DNA of 62,370 nt, counting the filler, from Basidioascus undulatus (taxonomy: Eukaryota): assembly GCA_000826855.1 (NCBI GenBank). It is 8 parts of 8 records of this genome, joined end to end, with 100 filler letters (N's around TTAATTAATTAA, not from the genome) between each part and the next. Parts side by side here need not be neighbours in the genome. Positions count along the whole stretch, not along the records: positions 1 to 23,223 come from JTLS01000271.1; positions 23,324 to 25,872 come from JTLS01002714.1; positions 25,973 to 28,519 come from JTLS01002715.1; 5 more parts are not named here. The stretch is one strand, 5' to 3'. Of this stretch, positions 14,108 through 27,032 are shown piece after piece (position 1 is the first letter of the stretch; each line of letters opens with the position of its first letter). Below the pieces are notes generated by a model. The model did not search any database. It worked only from the letters and a program-made list of their open reading frames with translations, and was not told the DNA's origin. The position numbers and the translations under genes are program-made.

Positions 14108-14437
14108 GCAGACACGCATGTGGTGTGCTTCGCGGACGTGTCGGAGGGTGGAATGGAGAACCACGTTGATCGCTTGTCTCCCCTCGATATAAACAGCGCA
14201 TTTCAACGAAAAACAGTACCTTTTTGGTTGTAAAAGGAGAGTGGCAGTGTTGAAGTGAAATGAGGTGCAGTCCCACGTGCGGGGTTCAGGGCCGGCCTGT
14301 GCGGGAGATCAGTAGGTATACTAGGTATGCGCCGGTCGCGGAGTCGCCGCGCCATCCCTTCCCATCACCCACCACCATCATCTCCTCCTCCTCCTTTTCA
14401 CCCAATTCTAGCTGACTCTTCTGAATTAATCGACACG

Positions 14438-16070
14438 ATGGCTACTATGTGAGCGCACTTGCACGGCCAGCGCACCGGCACGCCTGTCTGACTCGGCCGC
14501 GATCGGCGGGAAGGGATCTCGACATGAGCCTCGACGACCTCGCCGCGCGTTCGCGCAAGCCCTCCGCCCCGCGTGGTGGCCGCCGCAGCGGTCCTCCTGG
14601 CGGCAGGGGCGGCGGGCGCAGGGATGACCGCGGTGGCCGTAGCGCTCCTTACGCTGTACGTCGTGCCCGCAACAAGATGGGCTCTGGGGCGGACGAGGGT
14701 GGCTGACGCGCTCAGCATGTCTCAGCGTCCTCCTCCCGGCGATATCGAGGGCCAGTGGAAGCACGACCTCAACCCTGACTCTCGTCGCAGCGAGCGTGCC
14801 GCGGGTGGTCCCCGCCCTCCGCCGCCCGGCCAGCGCCCGAACAAGATCATCGTCGAGAACCTGCACTACGAGATTACCGAGCAGGAGCTCATGGTACGCC
14901 AGTCGTCATCTCCAGCCCGGCAGGCGCAGGGTTGCTAAAGGCATTGTTTGGAGCGGGCAGAACCTCTTTGCGGGTTATACTGTCGTCAACCTCTCCCTCA
15001 AAGTACGATGAGCGTTCCTCCCTCTCAGTCTCCAGATGCTCCCCTCTTTGCGCTGCGGTCGTCGTCGAACGATTCTCGAGGAACACGGGCGACGTCACGA
15101 TCAACCTCATGATCCACTCTGGGACATCGGCGGCGGGACGCGACGAGCAGCAGCAGCCGCAGCAGCGCCTCGGATCGCAACATCCACTCCTTGTTCGGCT
15201 TCAAATCGCTTATACCGACCACTTTGTTCCTCTTCCTCCTCCTCTTCTTCGGCGTGGCATTGGTACAGTACGACCGCAGCGGGCGGAGCATGGGCGTTGC
15301 CTACGTGACCTTCTCCGACCCGAGCGACGTCGACCGCGCCATTGAGAGCTTCGACGGTCAAGCGGCAAAGCGTGAGCTGCTCCGTGTCCGCTTGCCTGAC
15401 CACGCTTTGTACTGAAAGGCTGCGCTGGCTGGACGTACTTGTACAGAACAAGTCATTAGCGTGAAGCAGAACGGGTGGGCTCCTCTGGATGCGGCGGGCA
15501 AGGGTGCCGCGGGCGGGACTGGCCGTGCGCCGCCGAGCGGGCCGAGCGGCGGCTCCGGTGGCTCGCTGCTGGCCCGGCTTGGACCTCCTAACATTTCTCT
15601 TCTCGACCGCCTCAGCGCTCCTGCGTGCGTCCCAATTCCCCCTCGCCCGCCCTTGACCCCAGAGGTGACGCCCCCCCCCGTCTCGGATTCACAGCAAGTC
15701 TTCTTCGGGCCCGCGTGTTCCTCGGAACGACGGCAGCTCTCGTCCTTCTCGCGGCGCGGGCGGTGCGAGCGGCGGTCGCGGCGGGCGCTATGGGCGTGCT
15801 GGTGGCGAGCGGAGGAAGCCTGCGACGGCGGACGACCTGGACAAGGTGCGATGCGCTGCCTCGCCTTCTCGTCGCGAACTGTCGACTGACGCCGGACACG
15901 TCCTGCAGGAGCTCGAGGACTTCATGAAGCAGGATGCGGGCAAGGACGACTCCGCCGCTGCGACCGTGGCGACTACTGTACGTTTGGGTTTCCCTTGTCT
16001 TCCCTTTCTTGGTCCGCGACGGTCGCTGACGTTGCGTTCGTGCCTCCAGGGCGACGTTGAGATGAGCTGA
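14438..16070 (+). CDS. YRA1: mRNA export adaptor, Yra1/ALYREF/THOC4 family (RRM)
   Basis: N-box MATMDLDMSLDDL, RGG-rich segment, WKHDL, RRM IIVENLHYEITEQEL..YDRSGRSMGVAYVTF..AIESFDGQ, C-box KPATADDLDKELEDFM; ends GDVEMS*. Confidence 0.88.
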
Positions 16071-16359
16071 GGGCTAAAGGGGGTTGATGTGGCTGCCGGA
16101 ATGTCTGTCGTCGTGTGATGTGTGGAAGCGGGGGAGCATGTTGCCGTTTATTGTTTTCTGTTCACGAACTAGTTGTTGACGCTTGTATATGGCTTTGACT
16201 GCTGCTGAACTCAGCCAACCTGCCTTCAGGCGTCACGCAGTTCTTGGTGACTTCGTGTTGCAGAACGGCCGGCGTTCCGTCTGATAATACTCGGTGATTT
16301 CTGGATGGTCTGGGTGCGTGAGGACTTGATGTGAAATTTCACTGTGCTTTTGGCTTTGG

Positions 16360-17050
16360 GTGAAGATTGGCCGACCAGCCGCTTCTCGCGCTCCTCGGGC
16401 TCGCGAGCTCGTTCGCGTCTTCACTTCGCAGCTTGGACATTCGGTTGACCTGCACACTTTGCACTTGTCTGCCTTCACTGCCCTCGAGTTCATCAGGCTG
16501 TCATTCGACTGTCCCGATGGCATCGTGGACTCCGGCTGCGGTGGACTCGTCTTGCCCGCCCTCCGTTCGTGGTATCTCAGCGTTTGGGACGCGTCCGATC
16601 AGGTCTCCGGCGACGCTCTTGGCCTTCTGGCGCGGTCTCAACTCCCCTCGATCGAAGACCTCGTTTTCGAGCAGCCTGTGTCGCTCTATTCGCTCGAGCG
16701 GTGTCTTCGCGCCATCAGCCGTCCGCTCGAATCCTTCTTATTAGACTGGTTTGACGAGGACCTACCGCTTACTTCGCTTGCCGATGTCCGTCTCTCCGTG
16801 TCTACCGACACAGTAACTTCGCGCACCCTGACGTTGCTGCCCTTCGCCACCCGACCATCGAAACTCTCATGGCATCGTCCGGGCCGTAGTAGCCCGATGA
16901 CGAATGCGCGTTCTTTGCGAACATCAAGAATCTCGATCTGATCGCCTTCCCTGCGCTTCGGTAAATCAAACCGGGACCGACGTCCTCCTGCAGGACCCGG
17001 ACGAGCTCCCGGTCGGTCTCAACGACGAACACGGGCTGGCCATGCATGCC
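16360..17050 (+). pseudogene. Disrupted leucine-rich (RNI/F-box-LRR-like) protein, paralogue B
   Basis: DQPLLALLGLASSFASSLRSLDI, LSFDCPDGIVDSGCGGLVLPALRS, IKNLDLIAFPALR and DVLLQD occur in different frames. No start codon identified. Confidence 0.55.
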
Positions 17051-19998
17051 GCGGACTCGGTTCGTCTCTATGCAGGTTTGTGTAGTGGATTCATATCTTT
17101 CGGACCACTGAACCGTTTCCCGTCCCTACGTGGCACCCGCTCCTTCCCGCTTTGGCAATCTCGCCCCACCCTCCGCTCGACCTACTCCCGTCCCTTCAAC
17201 GGAGAATGCGAAAATGGACCGGACGACTTCCTCGAATTTGCAAAGAGGTTCGGAAGCTCCGAAATACACACTATTGCGGAGGTCTATCACACGTTGATAA
17301 AGCCCGGCGGTGCGTCGCGCGACTGGCTTCGGTGTGCAAAGAGGCGGCTGAGTCAAGGAGTAATTGGCTCTTTGGGCGTTTCGATGAACAGCTACGCACC
17401 AGGAGAAGTATGAGGCCCTCAGGAGGGTTCAGGATCTTTACGGACCTGCGAGTGAAGGTGAGTTGCGATCGTTTCTGGTTTGCAGAACGTGACATCGCTT
17501 ATCACAAGACAACAGGCACCCCCGTCCGCATCCGCTAGTCTCCCGCGAACCAGTACGTCCTAGAATTGCATTCATTGCGTTCTACGCTCCCAGGTGAAGG
17601 CTAACCTTCTCTTGTCCATCCAACAGGTGCCTGCGGCACAGGTGTATACGAGGAGGACGCGTACCAGGAGTACCTTCGGACGGGCGATTACCCTGAACAC
17701 CTGCTCTCTGGTACAGGCGAAGGGTACGATGACCTTGACGTTGACGAGGATAGCGTCCACTCGAGTCAATGGTCTTCCGAGCCCAGGTCTGACATGGATC
17801 CATATAGTTCAGTTGATTGCTGAAGGAGTTACTCGCGGAGAAACGTATACTGGGAAGACAAATAATTCACACTTGCCGTTGCGACGAAACAGTTATCATT
17901 CGTCGGACGAGGAGTGGGATGACGAGGATTGCGCTTGAGGATGAAAAGGCGTATGGTCCAGAGGGTGACGGTGCGTATCTGATCTTACCTCCTCATCAAA
18001 CGGCACCCTTGGCAATCTCACCATTCCATTTTGCCTCGCAGGACAACCCTGTTTCGCCTTCAACGACTCCGGCTCCCTCTCTCGTCGTCCTGCCCCCATC
18101 GTCACGCACCCGACGACTCTTCCTTCCGCGCCTACAAGGTGGACCCTAACGTCTGCCTCGCGTTCCTTGCCTCCCCTGCTGGCTGCTCGCCCTCTTCTTC
18201 CACCTGCCCTTAACCTGCCCTTACGCCCGCTCCCTCCACCTCGCCGGGCTTCCCATCTCCTCTACGGTCGACTTCCTCGACGCGCTGGAGCACTTCACGT
18301 GCATGAACATGCACGACAGGCGGTGTCTGCGTGGGGTCAAGGATCGGTTTAGGGCGTTGAACGTGCAGGCGGAAAGGTTTGTTGCCGGGTTGAAGGGAGC
18401 GGAAAAGGGTGGTGCAGCGGTGTTGAGGGCGTACGGAAGGCGGGCGGGCGATGGACAGAGGGAAAGCGGGGAGCTGGTTGAGGATTTCGGGAAATGGTGG
18501 TCTGGCCCGAAGGGAGAGAGACGAGGAATAGATTGCTACTAGGCCAGAAGGGCGGACAGAGCGAGGAGGAAGGAGGGCTGGCGCGAGGAGGTGGATTAGA
18601 TGCCCGGAGCGTTTGAATTGCTATCCGCATGGACCGGGAAATGGAGGCCGTGTTCCTCGCCAGCTTGCAGTCGGATTGTTGAAGTTTTCCCTACAACCTG
18701 GAAAAGCGCGGTGAGTATCCATATTCAAGTGAGCGAGCATCCCAGCGTGAACATTGTCTTGAGCCTCGCATTGTCCGTGGCCGGAGATGCACTGTGAAGT
18801 CGACTGCAACACTAATACAGTCTGACAATGGGCTCTCTGTGCCGCTTTTGCCATATGCATTAAAGTGCTTTAAGTTCTGGGAATAGTGATGGAAAAGCCA
18901 TGTCCAGAGCTTGCAAGGGTGCAGATGAACGTGCTGTCTCTGTCTTTTCTCGGAGTGTCGCTGAATTGACTACCTCGATGTTATTCAAGTCTGGATATGC
19001 TTGACCAACTACCTGTCACCACCAGACATGCTTGAGCAACCCCCGAAGTCCTTCTGTCGGACTTCGTTGCAGCAGTCCTTATTATTCTTCGTTGAGCTTG
19101 ACTTTGCGGAGGCCTGCCTGATTCGTGTCAGTGGCAGGTTTCCGGACCTTGCGCCTCTCTGAACTGTGGAAATTCAACAAATACACAAGGAGTAGTTCAT
19201 TATTCTCCACTCGGGCAACATAGACAAACCGGTGATGAAATCTGAAGCGACTGACCTGTACGCCAGTTTCGGGTTTACGTCCACGACAGAAGCACGTCGT
19301 GGGGCTCTCGAAGACGATAGCCGCATTGACAGCTTTAGTTAAAGCCAAAAATGTAATTACTGCTTCTTCGTTGGCTTTGTGTTAATGTCATGAGCGCGCC
19401 CGTCAATTACAGTCCCCGGCGAATGTGGCTATCCAACAACAAGTTGCCGTGATCAAAGGCGTCGAAGTGCTGATACAATTAGAAGAAATTCTACAGACCT
19501 ATTCCCAATGTCAATTCCTGACTTCAACCGCCTTTTTGTTTCACACGCTCATCAGGCCAAGTTCAAAGTCGAACGAACGCCGGGCCGGACGACTGCATTG
19601 CTCCGTGAGCCTCATTACTGCATTGTCACGTCCGCTGAAGGAACGGACATTTCTGATGGTTGCGCATGATTAACAGCCGTTCCACAAAGACATCAATTTC
19701 GATCGAACTGCAGTCCCAACCTCGCCTCCCGCAGCGGCAGCTCACTCTTGATTCCGTCAATGCCCCTTCGCGCCTCGCCGCATTCTCGCTCCTCGCCTCC
19801 TGAGCTAGCCACGCACCTGCCTCTCTTGCGCCCTCACGCTGATCACTGATGCATTCCCGCTCTGCTTTCCGGCACGCCCACTTGGCTTTGGCAGTCTTCG
19901 CGCCGCCTCGACGCTCGGCAAGCAGACGCAATACCCGCGCCAGTTGACCCTCGGGTTTCCCCATCTTTTCCATCCACCGTCTCGCCTGTCCAACCGCG

Positions 19999-21918
19999 AT
20001 GCAACCATCCATATCAACGGCGATCGCTCTAATCCTCTCATCACTTGCATACGCCCACCCGCTTCCTCCACCACAGTTTACGCGACTACCCCCTCTGTCA
20101 ACCCGCGTACATCAAACGTGCAATGACATCGCAGTCCGACGATCCTGGGCCTCCTTCACGAGACCAGAACGAGTCTCGTTTCTGGGGGCGGTCAACTGCA
20201 TGATTCGGAAGCCTACGCTCAACATCAACGCGTCTGCGCCGACCGAGGGACGCTTCGGGGACTTTACGTATATCCACCAGGTGCACTGCGTTTACCGACG
20301 TACTCGATCCAGCACGGGGGGTGTTGAACTTTTGAATTTGGTGGGAGCACAGGAGACCGGCATTGACATCCACTGGGTAGCACAGGTACGCTCATTTCCC
20401 TGATGCTGGTGTGATTGTGTTCATTCTCTGTGAAACCCAGTTTCTTCCATGGCATCGCTGGTACGTTATCGCTGAGCTTTGGGACGGCCATCGCATGGCT
20501 TGTACTGAGGAGGATCCCATGCACAGGTTCGTATACCTTTTTCACAACGAACTCAAGACGTGCGGGTACGAAGGCGAAATGCCGTGTGAGTCTTAAGCCA
20601 GGCCGTCTCTTCCACCTTTGCCACGCATTTGCTCATGAAGAACAGACTGGCCATGGGACTCGGAGTGGGAGGACATGGGGCGAAGCTCGCTCTGGGACCC
20701 TGATCCCGAAGCTGGTTTCGGTACGCCGGGCGGGTTCGTTCTCGGACAGACCTACAGTGCGCACGAGGTTTCTTTGCGTCAGCGCAAACTCATTTCTGAA
20801 GACCCCTGCGAATAGATTCCTCGATTGTCGGCGACGGCGCGTTTGCTGGACGCCAAGCGATATTCCCGTAGGTAGAGGCTCTTCCGATTCTGCAGACTTG
20901 CGATGTTTACGGGGACATGCTCCAGATTTCCTCACACTCTCACACGCAACATTCGTTCTGCCACCGACCCTTCAGCCCCATGGCCGTGCGTAGTCTCCAG
21001 AGGCTCGTTTGTGTTACTCGTTGAAGCTGACCGAGCTTTCTCAATTCAGCGCCGGTCTCTATTATCAAGACGCTTAGTACGTCTCAGAAGGACCTCACGG
21101 TCGGTCGTACTTCGCTCACAGCGAAACTTTGTTACAGCAACCCTCCCCGGATGCAAGAGGTCATGTCGCAGCCGACCTTCGCCGCGTTCCACGAGATCCT
21201 CGAGGGAGGAGGCCCAACGTCAGAAGGAATGCTTATGGGACCGCGTAAGTCACAGCAACGATTTTAATGTGTCGCCGATGTCCTAACACGTCTCCTATTA
21301 CAGACGGCGCGATCCACGTTCTGATGGGCGGCGACATGAGCGGGTCCAGTCGGCACAGTGCGTTTACAGTCTTCCTTTTGCTCAATGCTTCGAAGAGAGA
21401 ATCTTCTAACAAGACGCTCTGTCCGTCAGATAACTCGGTGCGTTTAGCTTCCCAGCGTCGCATCCCGCATCTCCAGCTACCTGACACTTGCACAACACAG
21501 GCACCTAACGATCCGATTTTCTATCTACGTCCGTCCACCCGCACTCAGTCTTCTAAAACGTCTTTCTATATTTTATGGGAACACAATTTCCTCAAAATTG
21601 TTTCCTCCGCAGACCACGCCAACGTCGACCGGCTCTGGGCGATCTGGCAGTCGCACGACCCCGCCAACCGATTGCACGACTACTCCGGGCCGACGCATCT
21701 CGACGACAACTCGGGTCATCACTTCGGGCAAGCGACGCTGGACGACCCGCTCATCTTTGCTGGAGCGTACGAGGAGGTTCGCGTGCGGCAGGCGATGGAC
21801 ACGAGGTGAGTGCTGTCCACCTGCCAGTGTAGCAGTAATCCACAGCCGAGTGCTGACGATGTTGCGACCTTGCTCCTTGAATTACAGAGCCTGGCCTCTA
21901 TGCTACACTTATAATTGA
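19999..21918 (+). CDS. Secreted tyrosinase / type-3 di-copper oxidase (short form)
   Basis: Signal peptide MQPSISTAIALILSSLAYA, VRRSW..CM, CuA DFTYIHQ..IHWVAQFLPWHR, CuB [36 protein letters not shown]; ends LCYTYN*. Confidence 0.92.
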
Positions 21919-22857
21919 TTTTGTTGAGACATCGTCCTCTCTTCCTGCATCGCATTCCCTCGTCGCGTCTTCATCTGCCGAGCATCACTGTATACCTTCT
22001 GCGCATACCCCCCTTTAGCGTTCTAGAACACGCCCTAATATTGTACACACTACACCACTGCTTTAGATGATTGAGAGCTAGTTTACACGTTTATCATGTT
22101 CTTCTTTTGAGGCACTGCGAGCACGACTTCAGAGCCACACCCACATCATTACCCCGCCACGCCCTACACGCTGGCGGCATGCACTACAGCCTTTCGCCTT
22201 GCGTCTCCACCCGGTACAACATGACGCGAATTATGCCAAGACAGCAACTCCTCCCTACAGAAATGCACACTTTTAACGCGCGACACTAGTCCTCGCAGTG
22301 TGCAGTCAACGAGCGTCCGCATCCTGGTTGCCTGCTACTCGGAAATCGGCACCAGCCGTTCAACAAGTTTCAACCCACATCGTTTCAACTCCCAATACCA
22401 ACAGCAGCTCTGCCTCAACCAGAAGCCAGGCGAGCATAACCCCGACCGCGTTCACGCACCCTGCCCCCGCTTACACGCATCACACGATCCACCGAGTCCA
22501 CTTAAACCACACCCTTCCGCTTCGATAACGCAGCAGACACTCGTCCTGGAGGCAGATCAACAAGTCGTCCAACAACGAGCAACAAGAAACCTCATTCGAT
22601 TCAAGCCAATAACAGAACCAAATAGATAGATGGGCGCTTGGCAAGCGGAGCAAAGAGCAACGGGCAAAGAGGCAAGCAATGGCAGGGATACAACTCTCAA
22701 AAAAGACCAAAAAAGACAGAGAGAAAGATGGGAAGAACAGAGGAAAGAAAGGAAACTCTTCGGAGCGGACCGGAGAGTGGGGAGTAGAGATGGAAATGGA
22801 GATGGAGATAGATATACAGCGAACCCCTCCCTCCACCGCGCCCGAAGGGAACCACAC

Positions 22858-23223
22858 TTATTCCTCCCCGGCGTCCTTCGGCTCGACGGGGGACGCCGGC
22901 GCCGCAGCGGCGCCCTGCTCGTGCGTGAAGGCAAATAGCGCGGGGGACCCAGCGAGGGGGAGAGCAGGCCACGACACGCGGTGCTGGAAGCTCGCCTTCT
23001 TCTTGAGCCCGTTGCTTCCACTACTTCCTCCCGCGTCCGAGCCCCCGCCCCAGGAGGCGGACGACGCGGACGGCGAGGGGGGCACAAGCCCCGCGGGAAG
23101 GGAGAGCGGGTAGAGCGTGCGGAAGCGCGGGTCGGTGGTGGTGGTTGCCGTGGTGGAGGAGGTGGTGAAGGTGGGAAACGAAGGAGTGAAAAGATTGAAA
23201 GTTGCTGTAGGGGAAGATGTGCG
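22858..23223 (-). CDS. 3' end of an unidentified low-complexity protein, cut by the contig end
   Basis: GC-rich coding-like stretch (LKKKASFQHRVSWPALP...DAGEE*) followed by a pyrimidine-rich 3' UTR-like region. Confidence 0.4.
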   Translation of the reverse strand, partial: RTSSPTATFNLFTPSFPTFTTSSTTATTTTDPRFRTLYPLSLPAGLVPPSPSASSASWGGGSDAGGSSGSNGLKKKASFQHRVSWPALPLAGSPALFAFTHEQGAAAAPASPVEPKDAGEE

Positions 23224-23323
23224 NNNNNNNNNNNNNNNNNNNNNNNNNNNNNNNNNNNNNNNNNNNNTTAATTAATTAANNNNNNNNNNNNNNNNNNNNN
23301 NNNNNNNNNNNNNNNNNNNNNNN
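23224..23323. other. Artificial contig spacer (44N-TTAATTAATTAA-44N)
   Basis: An identical 100-nt spacer with stops in all six frames also occurs at 25873-25972, 28520-28619, 31164-31263, 33802-33901, 36440-36539 and 59738-59837. Confidence 0.98.
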
Positions 23324-25872
23324 CGCTTCTTCCTCTCCCCCTTCCCCTTCGCTCCCTGTCCATCCACCAGTCTCTCGCCGCAAACGTACCTCGCGCGCCT
23401 ATCCACCGCCGTCCCACGCAGCGAGCTCGCCAACGTCCTCGCGGCGCGCACGGACCCGCTCAGCGCGCAGGCGCTCCAGGCGTACATGGCGCGCTTTGAT
23501 TTCGGCGAGGACCCGCTCGATGTCGCGCTCAGGAAGCTGTTGATGGATACGGCCCTGCCGGGGGAGACGCAGCAGATTGATCGCGTCGTAGAGGCGTTTG
23601 CGGGGAGGTATAGGGAGTGCCAGGGCGGGATGACACTGGATGGGGGTCCGTCGCATGCTTTCTTCCTCTGTTTTCTCTCCCATCCGCCCTCCTCGACTTT
23701 CTTGTGCCTTAACCGATGGAATCTGACGGTGGGGATGGGACGAGATAGACCAAGCGTACGTCATTGCGTTCTCGCTCATGATGCTCCATACGGACGCGTT
23801 CAACAAGAACAACAAGAACAAGATGACCAAGGCGGACTATGTGCGCAACACACGCCTCGACGGCGTGCCCGTTGAGGTGCTTGAATGCTTTTACGATAAT
23901 ATTACGTGCGTGCAGACCGTTTTACTTCGTAATGGAAGACCATGGCTGATGTGGTCGATGCGGAAACAGGTTCACGCCGTTCGTGTTCATCGAGGACGAC
24001 GATGTGCGTTTGTGTCGAAGGGGGAGACGGGAAGCGTGATGCTGATGCCGAGATGGCATGGCACGCGTGACAAACAGCTTATGCCCGACCAGTCGCCCGT
24101 CTTCACCTCCGGCGGCCTGTCTACGAGCCCCGGCGGGTTCTTCACCGGCTCGACGCGCTCGACGAGGAGCGCCTCGAGCACCCTCAAGAGCAGCAAGGTC
24201 GACCCTTACTACCTCATTTCGCAGGTGCGCCGCCTCCGCACAGCTTGTTTTGTTTTCAAACTGGACTAACGGATTGTGGCGGTGGAACAGGGCCTGATCT
24301 ATGAGCTGCGCGCGGACGTGGAGCGGCACATCTCGCCGCGCACGCCCTTCTCCTTCACGGGCACGCTCCCCTTCCTCGACTGCACGGCGCTCCACCGTGC
24401 CTTCCTCGCGGCACACGTCATCCAGATCGTCGCGCCCCCGTCCCAGCCGCGCCGCCGCGCAAACACCCTCTCGAGCGTGCCCCTGTTCGGCGCGGCATCA
24501 CCCGCTGGCGCTCCGATGCCCCCGCCCCCGCACCCTGAGCGAGGCGACGGCGAGAAGGAGAAGCTACTTACGCTGAGGTTGACGAAGATCGGGGTGCTCA
24601 GCCGCAAGGGTGCGTTTGCTGCGTCGTCCAGAGGCTCGTGTCGCAGGAGGCTTGTACTGACATGATTTCACATTGGTGGGTGGGTATTGCGCCAGACGAC
24701 CGCTCAGAGGGGGGCAAGAAGGCCGCGAGCCGCAAGTGGCGCGAGTGGAGCGTGATCCTCACCGGCTCGCAGCTGCTCTTCTTCAAGGACACGGCCTGTG
24801 CGCTCTCGATCCTCGCGCAGGCCGCGCGCGCCGAGCACGAGAACCCGCACCAGCCGAGCATGCTCGGACCGCGCATCGCCCAGTTCAAGCCGGACGACAT
24901 GATCTCCACGGCCGAGTGCGTCGCGGTGTGGGACGCGAGCTACGTGAGGGTGCGTTGCTGCCGGTTCCTCTTTTCTGAGAACGACCAGTTGCTGATTGTG
25001 ACAACTTGGGTCTGCAGCACCCCAACGCGTTCCGCCTAATCGCGCCCAAGGGCAGGCAGTACCTCTTCCAGGCGCAGGACGAAGCTGAGCTGAACGACTG
25101 GATCGCCAAGATCAACTATGCGAGCGCGTTCAAGACCGCGGGCGTGCGCATGCGTGGCACGGGTCTCACGGGCGTCCAAGCTGCCCTCGCAGGGACGACA
25201 GCCGCCTCGGCCCCGCCCTCCGCCGGTCCCCCGCCAGCGCTGCGCCAGAAGATGTCAGCCCCGTCCGAGACGGGCCCGTGGCAGCGCCCACAGCTCGCGC
25301 TCGACACGTCTGGGACGCCGCATCACGGTCGCGCGCCCGAGCACCTCGAGCTCGGAAGCCCGACCAGCCCTGAGCGCAATAACGTCGCCGAGTTCCATGC
25401 GGCCGTGAAGGACATTCGCGCCGAGCTCGGCGAGCGCGCGAGCGTCGACGGCGCGGTCGCTAGCCCCAGGAGCTGGAGTGGTGACCGCTTGCGCGGGCGC
25501 GCGAGCGCCGAGAGCCCGAGACAGGAGCGCCGGCCCCGAACGCAGGAGACGCGGACGAGCCCTTCGCGGGCGGACTTGCTTCGCGTGAGTTTTGTGGTTG
25601 ATTTAGTTGATGGTTCCAGCATGCTGATGCCTTTTGGGTGGTGGTTGCCAGGGCAAGATCGTCGAGCTCGAGAGCAAGCTCGCGACTGTCTCGAAGCACC
25701 TCAACTCCGAGCTCCGCTACGCGCGCAACCTCGCCGTCCTCACGCCGTTCCAGCGCTCCACGCGCGAGCGGATCCAAACGTCCGTGGAGCCGCTCGCCAA
25801 GCGTGTCCGCGCAGTGCGGATGGACCTCGTCAAGCTAGCCTGCCACCGACACATTCTCGCGGCGGATCTCGC
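23324..25872 (+). CDS. Sec7-domain ARF-GEF with PH domain (Syt1-like), internal fragment
   Basis: Glu finger PLDVALRKLLM..LPGETQQIDRVVEAF, AFSLMMLHTDAFNKNNKNKMTKADY, PH domain RKWREWSVILTGSQLLFFKD..LNDWIAKINYASAFKT, NLAVLTPFQRSTRERI. Confidence 0.92.
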
Positions 25873-25972
25873 NNNNNNNNNNNNNNNNNNNNNNNNNNNN
25901 NNNNNNNNNNNNNNNNTTAATTAATTAANNNNNNNNNNNNNNNNNNNNNNNNNNNNNNNNNNNNNNNNNNNN

Positions 25973-27032
25973 CGAGATCGCGGGTGGGCGAGTGTGTGCG
26001 CTCGCCGAGGTGGAGATGGGGCGGGGGAGGGGGCGGGAGGGCTTCAGCTGATGTAGGTGGAGCGGGTCGGTGACCGTTAAGAGACGCCGGCATAGTAGGC
26101 GTCGGCGTGCGCGAAGAGAAAGCCGAGCCCCGTGGGGACGTGGCGGAGTCGAACTCCATCATCGCGCTCCCAATCACCGCCGCAGCGTCGTTCTCGGCCT
26201 CGGCGCGCGCGGGCGTTCGAGAAGGTGTAGGGGAGGTGACGGATGTTGCGAAGGTGTGGCGGGCAATTTGGGGGGAGGAAGGGACGGAGTGGGTCGGTTT
26301 GACGATGATTTCGAGCAGGCGGATACGGTCGCTGTAGGTGTCGTGCTTCCCGGCACTCATCTCTCGTTAGCTTGTAGTCGTCAAGGGCATCGACTGAGGG
26401 CCAAGAGCACAGCTCCGACTCACAATGTGCCGCACCGTCCTCAACTCCTTGGCGCGCTTCGCCAACCGCATGACCTGCTCGTCATCTATCGCGTCCGGCT
26501 CCTCCCCCCGTTCCGCCCTCAGCCGTTCCTCCGCTTCAAGACGATCTGCGACGAGCTCGAGAATAGTGACCGCCTCGCGGTACACCTCGAGCGCCTCGGG
26601 GAACGTCTCTGACTTGTCGAGCTCGACGGCGGTCTTGGCGAGCTCTAGCGCTTGGCTGAGCATCGCCTTTGAGCGCGTGCGCGGTGGACGGTCGGGCGGG
26701 GGAGGCGAGAGCGTGTGGTGGGATGGATTGGGGGTCGGGGGCGCCGATCGGCGCGGAGGATGAGCATGCTGAGAGCTGGACGTATGGACGGCGGGGAGGG
26801 AAGGCCGTTTGGAGGGCTGCAACGGTGGCACCCCGCCCGCGACTCTCGCGAGGCTGGCGACCTTCCGCACATGTTCTGTGCTCCCTTCCTCGCCCCCGCT
26901 GCGCGTGCTCGGATGATCGCTGTTGAGCGGGGTAGGCGGCGGCGGGAGAGGCTCAGTTGGAGGCGGTCGCGCCGCGGGGAGGCGGGATAAGGAGGAGGGG
27001 CGCCGGGGCCGGCGAGGGGAAAGGGAAGACAT
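25973..27032 (-). CDS. MIT-domain-containing protein, 3' part missing
   Basis: Pro/Ser-rich N-terminus, then KAMLSQALELAKTAVELDKSETFPEALEVYREAVTILE...LRT and HDTYSDRIRLL, typical of fungal MIT proteins. Confidence 0.78.

Noticed and set aside
17050..19700. Short ORFs as genes or transposon remnants
   Set aside because: Some pieces look protein-like (for example 18303-18542), but I found no recognisable motif, consistent gene model or TIR/TSD.
23268..23279. TTAATTAATTAA repeated at about 2.6-kb intervals as a biological repeat or array
   Set aside because: It is always embedded in 44N flanks and is an artificial six-frame-stop spacer.
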